A DNA stretch of 59,242 nt from Chthoniobacteraceae bacterium (GCA_031409655.1 JANNXQ010000301.1:1-59242), one strand, 5' to 3'; shown: positions 38,589 to 49,512, numbered from the stretch's first letter. The notes: generated from the sequence alone by a model not told the origin. Numbers and translations are program-made.

Positions 38589-41500
38589 ATGAAAACACGG
38601 CTCAGTTTCCTTTTCACCCTCGCGCTCGCCCTCATCCTGCCCGCCGCGGCGGTGCAGGCCGGCACCTATTATCAATATGCGACCGACTCCGGATGGTATG
38701 ACGACACCGGGTATCACGATCCGACAAATAGCAACTATCTCGTTGGAAGGAGCTTTTCCGGAGGGATTTTCGGTCGCTATTACGAATACCGGGATTTTCA
38801 AGTATTTAGTCTGCCAACGTTTGCACCGGGCGAGACGTTGGTTTCCGCTCGCGTGGTGCTCTCGTCCGGGAGCGGCGGCTACATCAGTTCAGACCCTACG
38901 GAGACGCTGCAATTCTATGATGTTTCCACCGCGGTCAGCACGCTGACGGCGGGCGGCAGTGGGTTAACCTCGATCTTCACGGATCTCGGGTCTGGGACCG
39001 CTTTCAGCGATGGGCTTACGGTTTCGGCCGCCACGAACACCTACCCGAATAATATAAATGTATTCCCGCTGAATGCGGCCTTCGTGAACTACGCTGCGTC
39101 CAACGCCGGCAGCACCATCGCAATCGGAGGAAGGCTCACCACGCTCGCGACCGGTTACCAACAAGTGATGTTTAGCTTTTCGGGGTCTGCTGGTAACTAT
39201 CTCATTCTGGAAACGACCGGTCCTTTTCCCCCCGTCATCGGCGGCCAGTCCGCCGCGACCAATGGCCTGACCACCGCGGCGCTCTCGGCTACGGTCAATC
39301 CCAGCAGCAACCCGACGACAGCGTATTTCCGCTACGGGACGGCGGCAAATCTCTCGGGGGCGACGAGCACTTCCTCGCAGTCGATTGGCAGCGGGGCGAG
39401 CGCTGTGGCTGTCCAGCAAGGTCTCAGTGGGCTGACACCGAACGTGACCTACTACTACCAGACCGTGGCGTCCAACGGTGGTGGGACGACGAACGGAGCG
39501 ATCCAGAGCTTTGTGCAGAATAGCCCACTCGATCCGAGCTTTGACACCGACGGCGTGCAGACCACCGCCTTCCCCGCCGCCGCCAATGGGCGCGCGGTGG
39601 TGGTGCAGGCGGATGGGAAAACGGTGGTCGCGGGGGAAGTCGCCAGCGGCGCTTACACGGATTCGGTCCTGGCGCGCTATCTGGTGGACGGGACGCTGGA
39701 CCCGGCGTTTGGCACCGGGGGCACGGTCACCACTGTCCTGAGCGCGACCAACGATCAAATCCGCGGCCTGGCGTTGCAGAGCGATGGGAAGATCCTCGCC
39801 GCGGGCTACGCCGGCAGCCCCACCGCGGATTTCGCGGTCGCGCGCTACAATGCGGATGGATCGCTCGATGCCACCTTCGGCACGGGGGGAAAGGTATTGA
39901 CGGACTTCGTCGGCGACGACGGCGCCCGCGCGGTAGTCGTGCAGAGCGATGGGAAGATCGTCGTGGTCGGCACCTCGAATGGTGCCGGCGGCAGCTACGA
40001 TTTCGCCCTGGCCCGCTACAACTCGAACGGGAGCCTGGACACGAGCTTCGATGGCGATGGCAAGGTGATCATGCCCATCGGCAGTTTCTTCGATGAAGGC
40101 TGGAGTGTGAAACTACAGAGCGATGGAAAAATCGTCATGGGGGGCATCGCCTACAACGGCACGAACTACGACTTCGCGCTGGCACGCTTCAATGCCAATG
40201 GGAGCCTGGATCTCTCGTTCAACGGCACGGGCAAAGTGACCGTGGGCATCGGGACGGGGGACGATTTCAGCAAAAGCATAGCGATCCTACCGGACGGGAA
40301 GATCGTCCTCGCCGGGCAATCGAACATCGGCGGGAACTACGACTTCGCGGTGGCGCGCTTCAATGCCAATGGCAGCCTCGACACGACATTCGATGGCGAC
40401 GGCAAGGCGACGACGGTCATCGGCAGCTCCGACGACACGGGTGAGAATATGGTGGTGCAGAGCGACGGGAAAATCGTGGTCGTGGGCGGGAGCTACAACG
40501 GGAGCAACTATGACTTCGCCGTGGTGCGCTACAATACAAACGGGAGCCTGGACACGACCTTCGATGGGGACGGCAAGCTGACATTGGCGGGCGGCACAGG
40601 CACCGATTACCTCTACGCCGTGGCGATCGATGCGGAGGGCAGGATCGTGTGCGCGGGCACATCGAACAATGCCAGCGGCGTGGCGCAATTCGCCGTGGTG
40701 CGGGTGCTCGGGTTCCCGGCACCGGGCGTGTGGAATGTGAATGAGGTGCAGCTTCAGGCGGGGGCGGGAGGAATCAGCGTGACGGGGCAGATGGACGCGG
40801 CGGGGCTGAGCACGACGGCGACGCTGGAATACGGGACGACGGCGGCCTTCGGCAGCAGCACGGCGCTGGGAACCTTCACGGGGAATGGGCTGCAAGCGGT
40901 GAGCGCGACGCTTTACCCCGGCGGCCTGACGCGCGGGACGACCTACTATTTCCGCATCGTGGCCACGAATGCGAACGGGACGACGACGGGCGCGACGCAG
41001 AGCCTCACCTTCGCGCCGGGGGCGCTGGATTATACCTTTGGCCAAAGGGGCACGGTGACCACCCCCATCGGCGCGGCCAATGAGCAAGCAAACGCTGTGG
41101 TGGTGCAGAGCGACGGCAAGGTGTTGGCGGCAGGGTTTAGCAACAACGGGAGCAACGACGACTTTGCGCTCGTGCGCTACAACGCCGATGGAACGCTGGA
41201 TACCAGCTTCGGGGGCTCGGGCCGGGTCACGACGGCTTTTGCCAGTGGTAACGATGGGATCAACGCGGTGGCCTTGCAGCCGGATGGAAAAATCCTCGTC
41301 GCCGGGCAGACGCACAACGGGAGCAACTACGACTTCGCCCTCGCCCGTTATCTCGCCAATGGCACGCTGGACACCTCCTTTGGAAGTGGCGGAAAAGTGG
41401 CCACGGCCTTCGGGACATCGGACGATGCGGCCTACGGCGTGGCCATCCAGGCCGACGGGAAGATCGTGGTGGTAGGGGCGGCGATCATCGGATCGACCTA

Positions 41501-44500
41501 TGACTTTGCGGTGGCGCGCTACCTGCCCAATGGGGCGCTGGATATGAGCTTCGATGGCGACGGAAAGCTGACCACGCAGATCGCGACCAGCGGCGACGGG
41601 TATGACTATGCCCAGGGCGTGGTGATCCAGCCGGACGGAAAGATCTTGGTCGCAGGTCACTCCACCAACGGGACGAACCTGGACTTTTCCGCGGTGCGCT
41701 ACAATCCGGACGGGAGTCTGGATACGAGCCTCGATGGCGATGGCAAGGTGCTGGTGCCGATCGGCGGGGCAGATGTCGGGACTGCCGTGGCCTTGCAGAG
41801 CGACGGCAAGATCCTGGTCGCGGGGCAGGCGGTGGTGGGGGCATTCAACGACTTCGCCCTGGTGCGCCTCAATGCCAATGGCGGCCTAGATTCAACCTTC
41901 GGCAGCGGCGGCAAAGTGAACTCGCCTTTCGGCAGCGGGGACGACTTCGGGCGCAGCGTGGTCGTGCAGGCGGATGGAAAGATCGTCATGGCGGGGTTCG
42001 CCGTCATCGGCGGCACCTATAACATGGCGGTGGTGCGCTACCTGCCGGACGGGTCGCTGGATCCGACTTTTGCCACCAGTGGCAAGACCACGATTCGGAT
42101 CGGCGCGGGCAATGATGTGGGCGTCGCCCTCGCGCTTCAGGCGGATGGAAATCTGGTGCTGGCTGGATATTCAAACAATGGCAACAACGACATCGCCGTG
42201 GTGCGGCTGCTGGGGATGCCGCTGCCGAACCCGGCGAATATCGTGGTGAATCCCGCCGCCGCGGGCGCGGGGCTGACGGTGAGCGGGCAGGTCGATCCGG
42301 GTGGGCTGAGCACGAGCATCTCGATCGAGTACGGGACGACGGCGGCGCTGGGGAGCAGCGTCTCGGGGGGCACCTTCACGGGCACCGGCGCGCAGTCCTT
42401 TAGCGGCAATGTCTTCACCGGCGGCATCGCGAAGGGGGCGACGATCTACTACCGGGTGTCGGCGACGAATGCGAACGGGACGACGACGGGGAGCATCCTG
42501 AGTTTCATCAACCCGGTGACGTATGAGCTGGTGACGGGCTTTCAGACCGGGCCGAGCGTACCGGATCGGGGGAATCTCCTCCTGCATACGGATGGGAATT
42601 TCTACGGAACCTCGCGCACTGGCGGGACGTTTGGCAACGGGACGATCTTCAAGGTGACGCCGGCTGGGGTGGTGACGACGCTGGTCAACTTCTCGGGAAC
42701 GACCGGCACGGCGGAAGGACGCAGTCCGCTCGCTGGGATGGTGAGTGACGGAGCGGGCGTCTTCTGGGGCGCCACGCGCTTCGGCGGGGCCAATGATCTG
42801 GGCACGGTCTATAAATACGCCCCGGCGACGGGCACGCTGACGACGGTGGGGGAATTCACCGGAGGAGTGGGTGCGCAGCGCGGGGCGCAGCCAAATCGTG
42901 AACTGGTCTCAGATGGCGCGGGGAGCTGGTGGGGCACCACCTACCAGGGCGGCTTCAACGGGATGAGCACCGTCTACAAGATCAACAATGCGACCGGGGC
43001 CTTCACGACGGTGATCGACTTCGCAGGTACGACCACGGCACCCCGCGGTCGCGGGTGTGAGCAGGCGCTGACCTATGACGGGGCGGGCACGATGTGGGGC
43101 ACCACCAGCTTCGGGGGCGCGGGCGATTTCGGCACGATCTTCAAGATCAACACGACGACCGGGGTGTTGACCACGGTGCAGGAGTTCACCGGCACCACTG
43201 GGGCCGTGCTGGGCAATGATCCCGATGGCAATCTGGTGAGTGACGGTGCGGGTTTTTTCTGGGGCAGCACCTATTCGGGCGGGACCAGCGGCAACGGCAC
43301 CATCTTCAAGGTGAACGCCAGCACCGGAGCTTTTTCGACACTGATCAACTTCCAGAACACGACGGCACCCAAGGGAGCAAATCCGATCGCCACTTTCTAT
43401 CGCGACGACACCAGCAACGTCATGTGGGGCACCACCCGCAACGGCGGCGCCAACTCGCTGGGCACGATCTTCAAGATCAACCGCAGCACGAACGCGCTCA
43501 CCACAGTCCAGGAATTCACCGGGACCAGCGGCGCGGTGAAGGGCAGCGAGCCCTTTGCGGGGTTGATCAGCGACGGCGCGAGTTTCCTCTGGGGCACGAC
43601 GACTGTCGGCGGCGCGGCCAACCTCGGCACGGTCTTCAAGATCAACGCGACCACGAACGCCCTGACGACGGTGTCGGAACTGACGACGACCGACAACAAA
43701 GGTGGGTTGAACCCCATCTTCGTCGGGACGATCCGGGATGCGGCGGGAAATCTCTATGGCACGGCGGCGAATGGCGGTGCGTTCGGCCACGGAACGGTTT
43801 TCAAGATTACACCAGCGGGCGTGGTCACGTCGCTCGTCGATTTTACCGGCACCACCGGAAGCGCTCTCGGGCGCCAGCCGCATGCCGATCTGCTGCTGGC
43901 CAGCGATGGAAATTTCTACGGGACGACCAAATTTGGCGGAGTGTCAGACTTTGGCACGGTCTTCAAGCTGACTCCGGCGGGCGTGTTCACTACGTTGGCG
44001 GTATTCAATGGCACGACGGGGAACAAGGGCGCGCAGCCGCTGCCGGAGCTGGTGGAAGGAGCGGACGGGCAGCTCTACGGCACGACATCCCTGGGAGGTA
44101 ACGCGAACATTGGCACCATCTTCAAGATCGCCAAGACGGGCGGCACCTTGACGACCCTGATCAACTTCGCGGGCAATACGACCGCTCCCGTGGGAAACGG
44201 TCCTGCTGGCAAGCTGCTCCTGGCCAACGATGGAAACTTTTACGGGATCACCGGGTCCGGCGGAGCCTCAGGCTTCGGCACGATCTTCAAGATGACTCCC
44301 GGGAGCGTGCTGACGACGCTGGTCCAATTCACCGGCACCTCCGGAGCCAATCCTGGGCGCGCTCCCGAAGCCAGGCTCATGCAAGCCGCCGATGGCCTGA
44401 TCTATGGGACCACGATTTACGGCGGCGCCAATGACTGGGGCACGATCTTCAAGCTGACACTCGCCGGAGTGCGCACCACGCTCTACGACTTCTCCTCAGC

Positions 44501-46079
44501 CAATGGCTACGGGACCATGGGCGTCAACAACCTGGCGCAACTTCCTGACGGCGCGCTCTACAGCACGGCTTACTCGAGCGGGGCGAATAACGCAGGCACG
44601 CTGTTCCGCATCACCACCGGCGGAGTGTTTACGCCCTTGGGCAGCTTTACCGGGACCGGCACGGGCTACCTCGCCGGCAACAATCCGCGCTACGTCAGCT
44701 ACCAGGCGGATGGCAATCTCTACGGCAGCACCACGGGTGGAGGCCCCGGCGGCGGCACGATCTATCGCATCCGCTTCGGCCCCACGCCATCCACCCAGCC
44801 GGCGACAAATTTGACCACCCGCACGGCAACGCTGAATGCGACGGTGAATCCGAACGGGACGGCTTCGACGGTGAGATACGAGTGGGGCACCTCGGCCGGT
44901 GCGCTGACCAATAGCACCACGGCGCAGGCGCTGGCCGCGAGCACCGTGGCGGTGACGCAACCGGTGGCGCTGACGGGGCTGCAACCCGCGACCACTTACT
45001 TCTTCCGCGTGCGGGCGGAGAATGCGGATCAGTTTCAGCCGCAGTTTGGCGAGGTGCTGAGCTTCACGACGTTGGCCGACACTACGCCACCGACGCTCTC
45101 GACCGTCAGCATCGCGAGCATCAACGCGAACCCCGTCTGGGCGAAACTCGGCGACACGGTGATGCTCAGCTTCACCGCAAACGAGGCGATCCAGACACCG
45201 AGTGTGACGCTGCTGGGCGCGGCGGCGACGGCGGTCAATGTGGGCGGTAATAACTGGACGGCGACCGTGACCGTCGGCACGGGCACGGTGGAAGGAGCCG
45301 CGACTTTCTCCATCGTCGCCGGCGATCTCGCCGGCAACCTGGCTGCGGCGGTGCCGGCGACTACGGATAATTCGCTCGTGACGGTGGACAAAACCGCGCC
45401 GGTGGTGACGCCGCCGGCAAACCTCGTCGCGCATGCCACCAGTCCGGCAGGGGCGGTGGCGAGTTATCCAGCAGCGACGGCGCCGCCGGATGCCTCCGGC
45501 GCCGCCACGCTGACTTATTCGCAGAATAGCGGTACGCTTTTTGCCAACGGCCCGACCACGGTGACGGTAACGGCACGGGACGCGGCGAATAACGTGGGCA
45601 CGGCGACTTTCACCGTGACGGTGACGCCGCTGACCAGCCTGGACCTGTGGCGTTACACTTACTTTGGCACCGCGACGGAGAATGGGAACACGGCGGACAG
45701 CGCGGACTATGACGGTGACGGCACGTCCAATCTGCTCGAGTGGGCCTTCGGTCTCGATCCGACCGTGGCCTCAAACGGCGCGCTCATCGTTTCCGGCGCG
45801 ACGATCGTGCAACGCGGGACGCCGACGGTGTGGCTGCAAAACCTGAATTATGGCGTGGATTACCGCGCGCTCTTTGGCCGGCGGAAGGATTACCTCGCGG
45901 TCGGGCTTACTTACACGGTGCAGTTCAGTGCGGACTTACTTATTTGGGAGACCAGCACGGACGCGCCCACGGTCATCGCTTCGGATGTGCTCATCGATGC
46001 GGTGACGGTGCCTTATCCATTCTTCCTGACGACCGGGCAAAAGGCGCAATTCTTCCGCGTGACGGTGACGGTGCCTTGA
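38589..46079 (+). CDS. Giant surface protein: two delta-60 propellers, two GloVer-repeat propellers, FN3-like spacers and an HYR domain
   Basis: Signal peptide; 7+7 QxDGKI(V/L) repeats; 14 G-x-(F/L)(Y/W)GTT-xx-GG...GT(I/V)FK repeats; C-terminal DYDGDGTSNLLEWAFGLDP...QFFRV. Confidence 0.93.
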   Translation: MKTRLSFLFTLALALILPAAAVQAGTYYQYATDSGWYDDTGYHDPTNSNYLVGRSFSGGIFGRYYEYRDFQVFSLPTFAPGETLVSARVVLSSGSGGYISSDPTETLQFYDVSTAVSTLTAGGSGLTSIFTDLGSGTAFSDGLTVSAATNTYPNNINVFPLNAAFVNYAASNAGSTIAIGGRLTTLATGYQQVMFSFSGSAGNYLILETTGPFPPVIGGQSAATNGLTTAALSATVNPSSNPTTAYFRYGTAANLSGATSTSSQSIGSGASAVAVQQGLSGLTPNVTYYYQTVASNGGGTTNGAIQSFVQNSPLDPSFDTDGVQTTAFPAAANGRAVVVQADGKTVVAGEVASGAYTDSVLARYLVDGTLDPAFGTGGTVTTVLSATNDQIRGLALQSDGKILAAGYAGSPTADFAVARYNADGSLDATFGTGGKVLTDFVGDDGARAVVVQSDGKIVVVGTSNGAGGSYDFALARYNSNGSLDTSFDGDGKVIMPIGSFFDEGWSVKLQSDGKIVMGGIAYNGTNYDFALARFNANGSLDLSFNGTGKVTVGIGTGDDFSKSIAILPDGKIVLAGQSNIGGNYDFAVARFNANGSLDTTFDGDGKATTVIGSSDDTGENMVVQSDGKIVVVGGSYNGSNYDFAVVRYNTNGSLDTTFDGDGKLTLAGGTGTDYLYAVAIDAEGRIVCAGTSNNASGVAQFAVVRVLGFPAPGVWNVNEVQLQAGAGGISVTGQMDAAGLSTTATLEYGTTAAFGSSTALGTFTGNGLQAVSATLYPGGLTRGTTYYFRIVATNANGTTTGATQSLTFAPGALDYTFGQRGTVTTPIGAANEQANAVVVQSDGKVLAAGFSNNGSNDDFALVRYNADGTLDTSFGGSGRVTTAFASGNDGINAVALQPDGKILVAGQTHNGSNYDFALARYLANGTLDTSFGSGGKVATAFGTSDDAAYGVAIQADGKIVVVGAAIIGSTYDFAVARYLPNGALDMSFDGDGKLTTQIATSGDGYDYAQGVVIQPDGKILVAGHSTNGTNLDFSAVRYNPDGSLDTSLDGDGKVLVPIGGADVGTAVALQSDGKILVAGQAVVGAFNDFALVRLNANGGLDSTFGSGGKVNSPFGSGDDFGRSVVVQADGKIVMAGFAVIGGTYNMAVVRYLPDGSLDPTFATSGKTTIRIGAGNDVGVALALQADGNLVLAGYSNNGNNDIAVVRLLGMPLPNPANIVVNPAAAGAGLTVSGQVDPGGLSTSISIEYGTTAALGSSVSGGTFTGTGAQSFSGNVFTGGIAKGATIYYRVSATNANGTTTGSILSFINPVTYELVTGFQTGPSVPDRGNLLLHTDGNFYGTSRTGGTFGNGTIFKVTPAGVVTTLVNFSGTTGTAEGRSPLAGMVSDGAGVFWGATRFGGANDLGTVYKYAPATGTLTTVGEFTGGVGAQRGAQPNRELVSDGAGSWWGTTYQGGFNGMSTVYKINNATGAFTTVIDFAGTTTAPRGRGCEQALTYDGAGTMWGTTSFGGAGDFGTIFKINTTTGVLTTVQEFTGTTGAVLGNDPDGNLVSDGAGFFWGSTYSGGTSGNGTIFKVNASTGAFSTLINFQNTTAPKGANPIATFYRDDTSNVMWGTTRNGGANSLGTIFKINRSTNALTTVQEFTGTSGAVKGSEPFAGLISDGASFLWGTTTVGGAANLGTVFKINATTNALTTVSELTTTDNKGGLNPIFVGTIRDAAGNLYGTAANGGAFGHGTVFKITPAGVVTSLVDFTGTTGSALGRQPHADLLLASDGNFYGTTKFGGVSDFGTVFKLTPAGVFTTLAVFNGTTGNKGAQPLPELVEGADGQLYGTTSLGGNANIGTIFKIAKTGGTLTTLINFAGNTTAPVGNGPAGKLLLANDGNFYGITGSGGASGFGTIFKMTPGSVLTTLVQFTGTSGANPGRAPEARLMQAADGLIYGTTIYGGANDWGTIFKLTLAGVRTTLYDFSSANGYGTMGVNNLAQLPDGALYSTAYSSGANNAGTLFRITTGGVFTPLGSFTGTGTGYLAGNNPRYVSYQADGNLYGSTTGGGPGGGTIYRIRFGPTPSTQPATNLTTRTATLNATVNPNGTASTVRYEWGTSAGALTNSTTAQALAASTVAVTQPVALTGLQPATTYFFRVRAENADQFQPQFGEVLSFTTLADTTPPTLSTVSIASINANPVWAKLGDTVMLSFTANEAIQTPSVTLLGAAATAVNVGGNNWTATVTVGTGTVEGAATFSIVAGDLAGNLAAAVPATTDNSLVTVDKTAPVVTPPANLVAHATSPAGAVASYPAATAPPDASGAATLTYSQNSGTLFANGPTTVTVTARDAANNVGTATFTVTVTPLTSLDLWRYTYFGTATENGNTADSADYDGDGTSNLLEWAFGLDPTVASNGALIVSGATIVQRGTPTVWLQNLNYGVDYRALFGRRKDYLAVGLTYTVQFSADLLIWETSTDAPTVIASDVLIDAVTVPYPFFLTTGQKAQFFRVTVTVP

Positions 46080-46111
46080 AGCGGCCAGCACGACTTTTGG
46101 AATTCACCGAT

Positions 46112-47422
46112 ATGAACAAGAGATTTTTTTGCATTTGCGGATTGTTAATGGCGGCGCTCCCGGCGCAGGCGGCGACGATCTACAGCGGGCTCGAAGACCT
46201 CGCGATCCCGACGAATTTTGCGGGCATCTACCTGGACCTCGACACGGGTGCGACGAGTAGCGCCGCATTCACCGGCTGGGATGTGAATCCATTCTTCGGC
46301 GGAGCAGGCTTGGGCAATAGCGCGGCCTTTCAGCCAGTGCGCGTGGGTTCGAGCAATCTCGATGCAGTGCTGAAACTCGCGCCCGGCACCATCGTCTCCA
46401 GCAGCCTGCTCTATGCGTCCGGCGTGGGCGGCTCGGGCAATCCTGGGCACGAACATCTCGGCGCAAATATCGCAACCCAGTTCCAGCCCGGCAGTGAAGG
46501 TTATCTCGGCTTTAAGGTCACCACGAACAACAGTGCCGGCCCTTACTTCGGCTGGATGCGCGTTGTCTTCACGGCCAACGGCGGCGGGGCGTTGGTCAAA
46601 GATTGGGCCTACGAAACGAGCGGTGGCTCCATCGGCACTGGCAATGTGATCCAATCCGCGCCAGTCGGTGGCGTGCAGATGGTCACCTTATCCGGCGGCG
46701 GCAGCGAGAACTACACGCTCAGCAATCCGCTCGCAAATACGAGCAGCACGACGGCGCTCGTGAAAAACGGCGCGGGTTCGTGGAGCCTCAATGGGGAGCA
46801 AACTTTCACCGGTGCCACCACGATCAACGCCGGCACGCTCGATCTCGGCGGGAGCGCCCGGATTACGGCAACCTCTTCGATCACGATCAACAGCGGCGGC
46901 ACGCTGCTGCTCGGCGCGGCGAATGGTCTCAGTCAACTGGCCGATTCAGCACCCATCACGCTCGCCGGCGGGACCCTCGCGCGCGGCGGTCTCGAGGGGC
47001 TGCAAGAGAACGTCGGCAGGCTCACGCTGAGCGCGACTTCGACGATTGATTTTGGCGCTTCGAGTAATGATCAGACACTCCGTTTCGCCGACAGCCATTT
47101 GGCGACCTGGACTGGGAACCTGAACATCTGGAACTGGACCCGCGGGGTGGATCATCTCGATTTTGGCAACAGCGGCTCGGGGCTGAGCGTGAGTCAGCTA
47201 TCGCGCATCCGCTTCTACAGCGATGGTGGCACCACGGAGATCGGCGCTGGCTTTAGTCCAGTCTTCAGCGGTTCGCTGGGTGAAGTCGTGCCCGTCCCGG
47301 AGCCGGGATCCGCTCTCTCCGCTGCGGCGCTGCTGGGGCTCGCGGCACTGCGCGAGCAGAGGCGCGGGAGGGGATGCGCAGTGCGGCAGGCTACTCGTCG
47401 AGGTCGTCCGGCGGGGTCTTGA
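46112..47422 (+). CDS. PEP-CTERM protein with an autotransporter-associated beta-strand repeat
   Basis: Signal peptide; LVKNGAGSWSLNGEQTFTGATTINAGTL; VPVPEPGSALSAAALLGLAALREQRR. Start ATG 46112. Confidence 0.88.
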   Translation: MNKRFFCICGLLMAALPAQAATIYSGLEDLAIPTNFAGIYLDLDTGATSSAAFTGWDVNPFFGGAGLGNSAAFQPVRVGSSNLDAVLKLAPGTIVSSSLLYASGVGGSGNPGHEHLGANIATQFQPGSEGYLGFKVTTNNSAGPYFGWMRVVFTANGGGALVKDWAYETSGGSIGTGNVIQSAPVGGVQMVTLSGGGSENYTLSNPLANTSSTTALVKNGAGSWSLNGEQTFTGATTINAGTLDLGGSARITATSSITINSGGTLLLGAANGLSQLADSAPITLAGGTLARGGLEGLQENVGRLTLSATSTIDFGASSNDQTLRFADSHLATWTGNLNIWNWTRGVDHLDFGNSGSGLSVSQLSRIRFYSDGGTTEIGAGFSPVFSGSLGEVVPVPEPGSALSAAALLGLAALREQRRGRGCAVRQATRRGRPAGS

Positions 47423-48470
47423 GGAAGACGCGAAATTTTTTCCGGTCCTGGCACTTCTCGTAGGCCTCCTCGGGCGAGATCCGCGCCGCGCGCAGATGCT
47501 CCATGATGGCGTCGTCGAGCGGCTGGTTGCCCTTCTTCTTACCCACCTGCATCATGCCCGGGATCTGGTGCGTCTTGCCCTCGCGGATGAGGTTGGCGAT
47601 CGGCGTATCGACCACGAGCACCTCGAGCGCGGCGACCCGGCCTGGCTTGTCGATGCGCTTGAAAAGGTTCTGCGCCACGACGCCTTTGAGCGATTCGGAA
47701 AGTCCGGCACGGACCTGGTTCTGCTGGCCCGCAGGAAAGACGTCGATGACGCGATCAATGGTCTTCGGCGCACTTGGCGTATGCAGTGTGCCAAAGACGA
47801 GATGGCCCGTGGCGGCGGCAGTGAGCGCGAGTTCGATGGTCTCCAAGTCGCGCATTTCCCCGACGAGGATGATGTCCGGATCTTCGCGCAGCGCGCCGCG
47901 GAGGGCGGAGGCGAAACCTTTGGTGTGTACGCCGACTTCGCGATGATTCACGAGACACTGCTGGCTCCGATGCACAAACTCGATCGGATCTTCGACCGTG
48001 ATGATGTGGTCCTTCCGCTGAAGATTTGCGTAGTCGAGCATCGCCGCGAGCGTCGTCGATTTTCCGGAGCCGGTCGGGCCGGTCACGAGCACGAGGCCCT
48101 TTTTCAAGAGCGAGAATTTTTTGAGCACCGGCGGCAGGCCGAGGTCGTCAGCCGTGAGCACCTTGCTCGGGATCAATCGGAAGACGGCCGCGATGCCCGA
48201 TTTCTGATTGAAGAAATTCGCGCGGTAGCGGGCGAAGCCGGGATACTCGTAGCCGAAGTCCACGTCGCCGGTCTCTTCGAAGACTTTGATTTTATGTTCC
48301 GGGGCGATCTCGTAAACGAGCGCCTTGAGGTCGTCGTTTTCCATCGGTGACATGTCCACGCGGACGAGTTCGCCGTGGATGCGGAGCATTGGGGGATTCC
48401 CAGTGGAGAGGTGAAGGTCAGAAGCGCTCTGCTCCTTCATGAACTTGAAGAACGAATCAATACGGGCCAT
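47391..48470 (-). CDS. pilT: Type IV pilus retraction ATPase PilT
   Basis: ASDLHL, GPTGSGKSTT, EDPIE, LREDPDIILVGEMRD, TGHLVFGTLHT, PIANLIRE (AIRNLIRE-like). Confidence 0.93.
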   Translation of the reverse strand: MARIDSFFKFMKEQSASDLHLSTGNPPMLRIHGELVRVDMSPMENDDLKALVYEIAPEHKIKVFEETGDVDFGYEYPGFARYRANFFNQKSGIAAVFRLIPSKVLTADDLGLPPVLKKFSLLKKGLVLVTGPTGSGKSTTLAAMLDYANLQRKDHIITVEDPIEFVHRSQQCLVNHREVGVHTKGFASALRGALREDPDIILVGEMRDLETIELALTAAATGHLVFGTLHTPSAPKTIDRVIDVFPAGQQNQVRAGLSESLKGVVAQNLFKRIDKPGRVAALEVLVVDTPIANLIREGKTHQIPGMMQVGKKKGNQPLDDAIMEHLRAARISPEEAYEKCQDRKKFRVFLKTPPDDLDE

Positions 48471-48513
48471 GCCGACCTGACAAAGCTAGTCGAGTGCCAA
48501 GCCGCCCTGCTGG

Positions 48514-48662
48514 AAACTCCAAGTTCCAAGCGCCAAATTCCAAACAATTTCCAGCAAATGGAAAGCGGCGAAACGGACCGACGAAGCGGGGCCCAATCGT
48601 TTCATCCATTGCTCTTCCTTGCTCCCCATTGTTTGGAGCTTGGACCTTGGGCTTTGGAGTTT
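48514..48662. repeat. Inverted heptamer tandem repeats (35-bp arms)
   Basis: AAACTCC AAGTTCC AAGCGCC AAATTCC AAACAAT (48514-48548) versus ATTGTTTGGAGCTTGGACCTTGGGCTTTGGAGTTT (48628-48662). Confidence 0.85.
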
Positions 48663-48666
48663 TCTT

Positions 48667-49488
48667 TTACAGCACCCGCCGCTGTCCGCTCCGCTCCGAC
48701 TGGAGGGTGTCCAGGACCGAGCGCACCTGTTCCAAAAGCTTCTTCTGCGTGTAGGGCTTCGGGATGAAGCCGCGCAGACCGCGGGCAAGCATCGCGCGGA
48801 TGCTCTCCTGCTCCGCAAAGCCGCTGCTCAGCACCACGGGCACCCGCGGATTGATGGCGAGCAGCTCATTGAAAACGTCCGCTCCATCCATCACCGGCAT
48901 CGTGAAATCGAGGATGACCAGCGAGAGGTGATCGCGCAGCTTGCGGTAGAGATCGAGCGCCTGGAATCCGTCCTTCGCTGTGACCACGCGGTAGCCCTCG
49001 TCGGTGAGGACGCGCTGGGCGAGCAGGGTCACAAAGTCTTCGTCATCGACGATCATCAGAAGCTCCCGCGCACCGGTCGGGTTGTTCACTTTGATGTCAC
49101 TCGGGATCGGGAGGAGGGAAGGAGCGGCGGGACGCGGAGAAGATGTCGCTGGAGCCGCTGCGCCCGTCGTCGTGGTCGGGCGTCCTGGTGCCGCCACCTG
49201 AGCTTGAGCGGGAGCGGGGAGGATGCGGGGAGCCGCCGGGGCGCTCGACATGCTCGGCATGGCGACCGAAGGCCCGGTGCTGTAGCCGCCCACGCGGGTG
49301 ATCATGATCTGGGTCACGCGCGCGGCACGTTCGACGCCATTGCGCAGGATGCCGAAGTACTTGTCCGAGTCCGGCGTGCTGCCGCAGAGACTTTCGATCA
49401 CCTGACTCGACTCCGAGATGACCTGGAGCAGGTTGTTCAGTTCATTGGCCGTGGATTTAACCCAGCGGATTTCGTCTTGGTCGAGCAT
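48667..49488 (-). CDS. Response regulator with a degenerate HisKA-like N-terminus
   Basis: STANELNNLL H-box-like motif without His; Pro/Ala linker; MIVDDE, VILDFTMPVMDG, LSSG, FIPKPY. Confidence 0.88.
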   Translation of the reverse strand: MLDQDEIRWVKSTANELNNLLQVISESSQVIESLCGSTPDSDKYFGILRNGVERAARVTQIMITRVGGYSTGPSVAMPSMSSAPAAPRILPAPAQAQVAAPGRPTTTTGAAAPATSSPRPAAPSLLPIPSDIKVNNPTGARELLMIVDDEDFVTLLAQRVLTDEGYRVVTAKDGFQALDLYRKLRDHLSLVILDFTMPVMDGADVFNELLAINPRVPVVLSSGFAEQESIRAMLARGLRGFIPKPYTQKKLLEQVRSVLDTLQSERSGQRRVL

Positions 49489-49512
49489 GAGCTTAGGATA
49501 GCAGGTTTCCGC

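Noticed and set aside
45740..46111. N-terminal extension of the PEP-CTERM ORF
   Set aside because: Overlaps the giant gene in another frame; the signal peptide starts at 46112.
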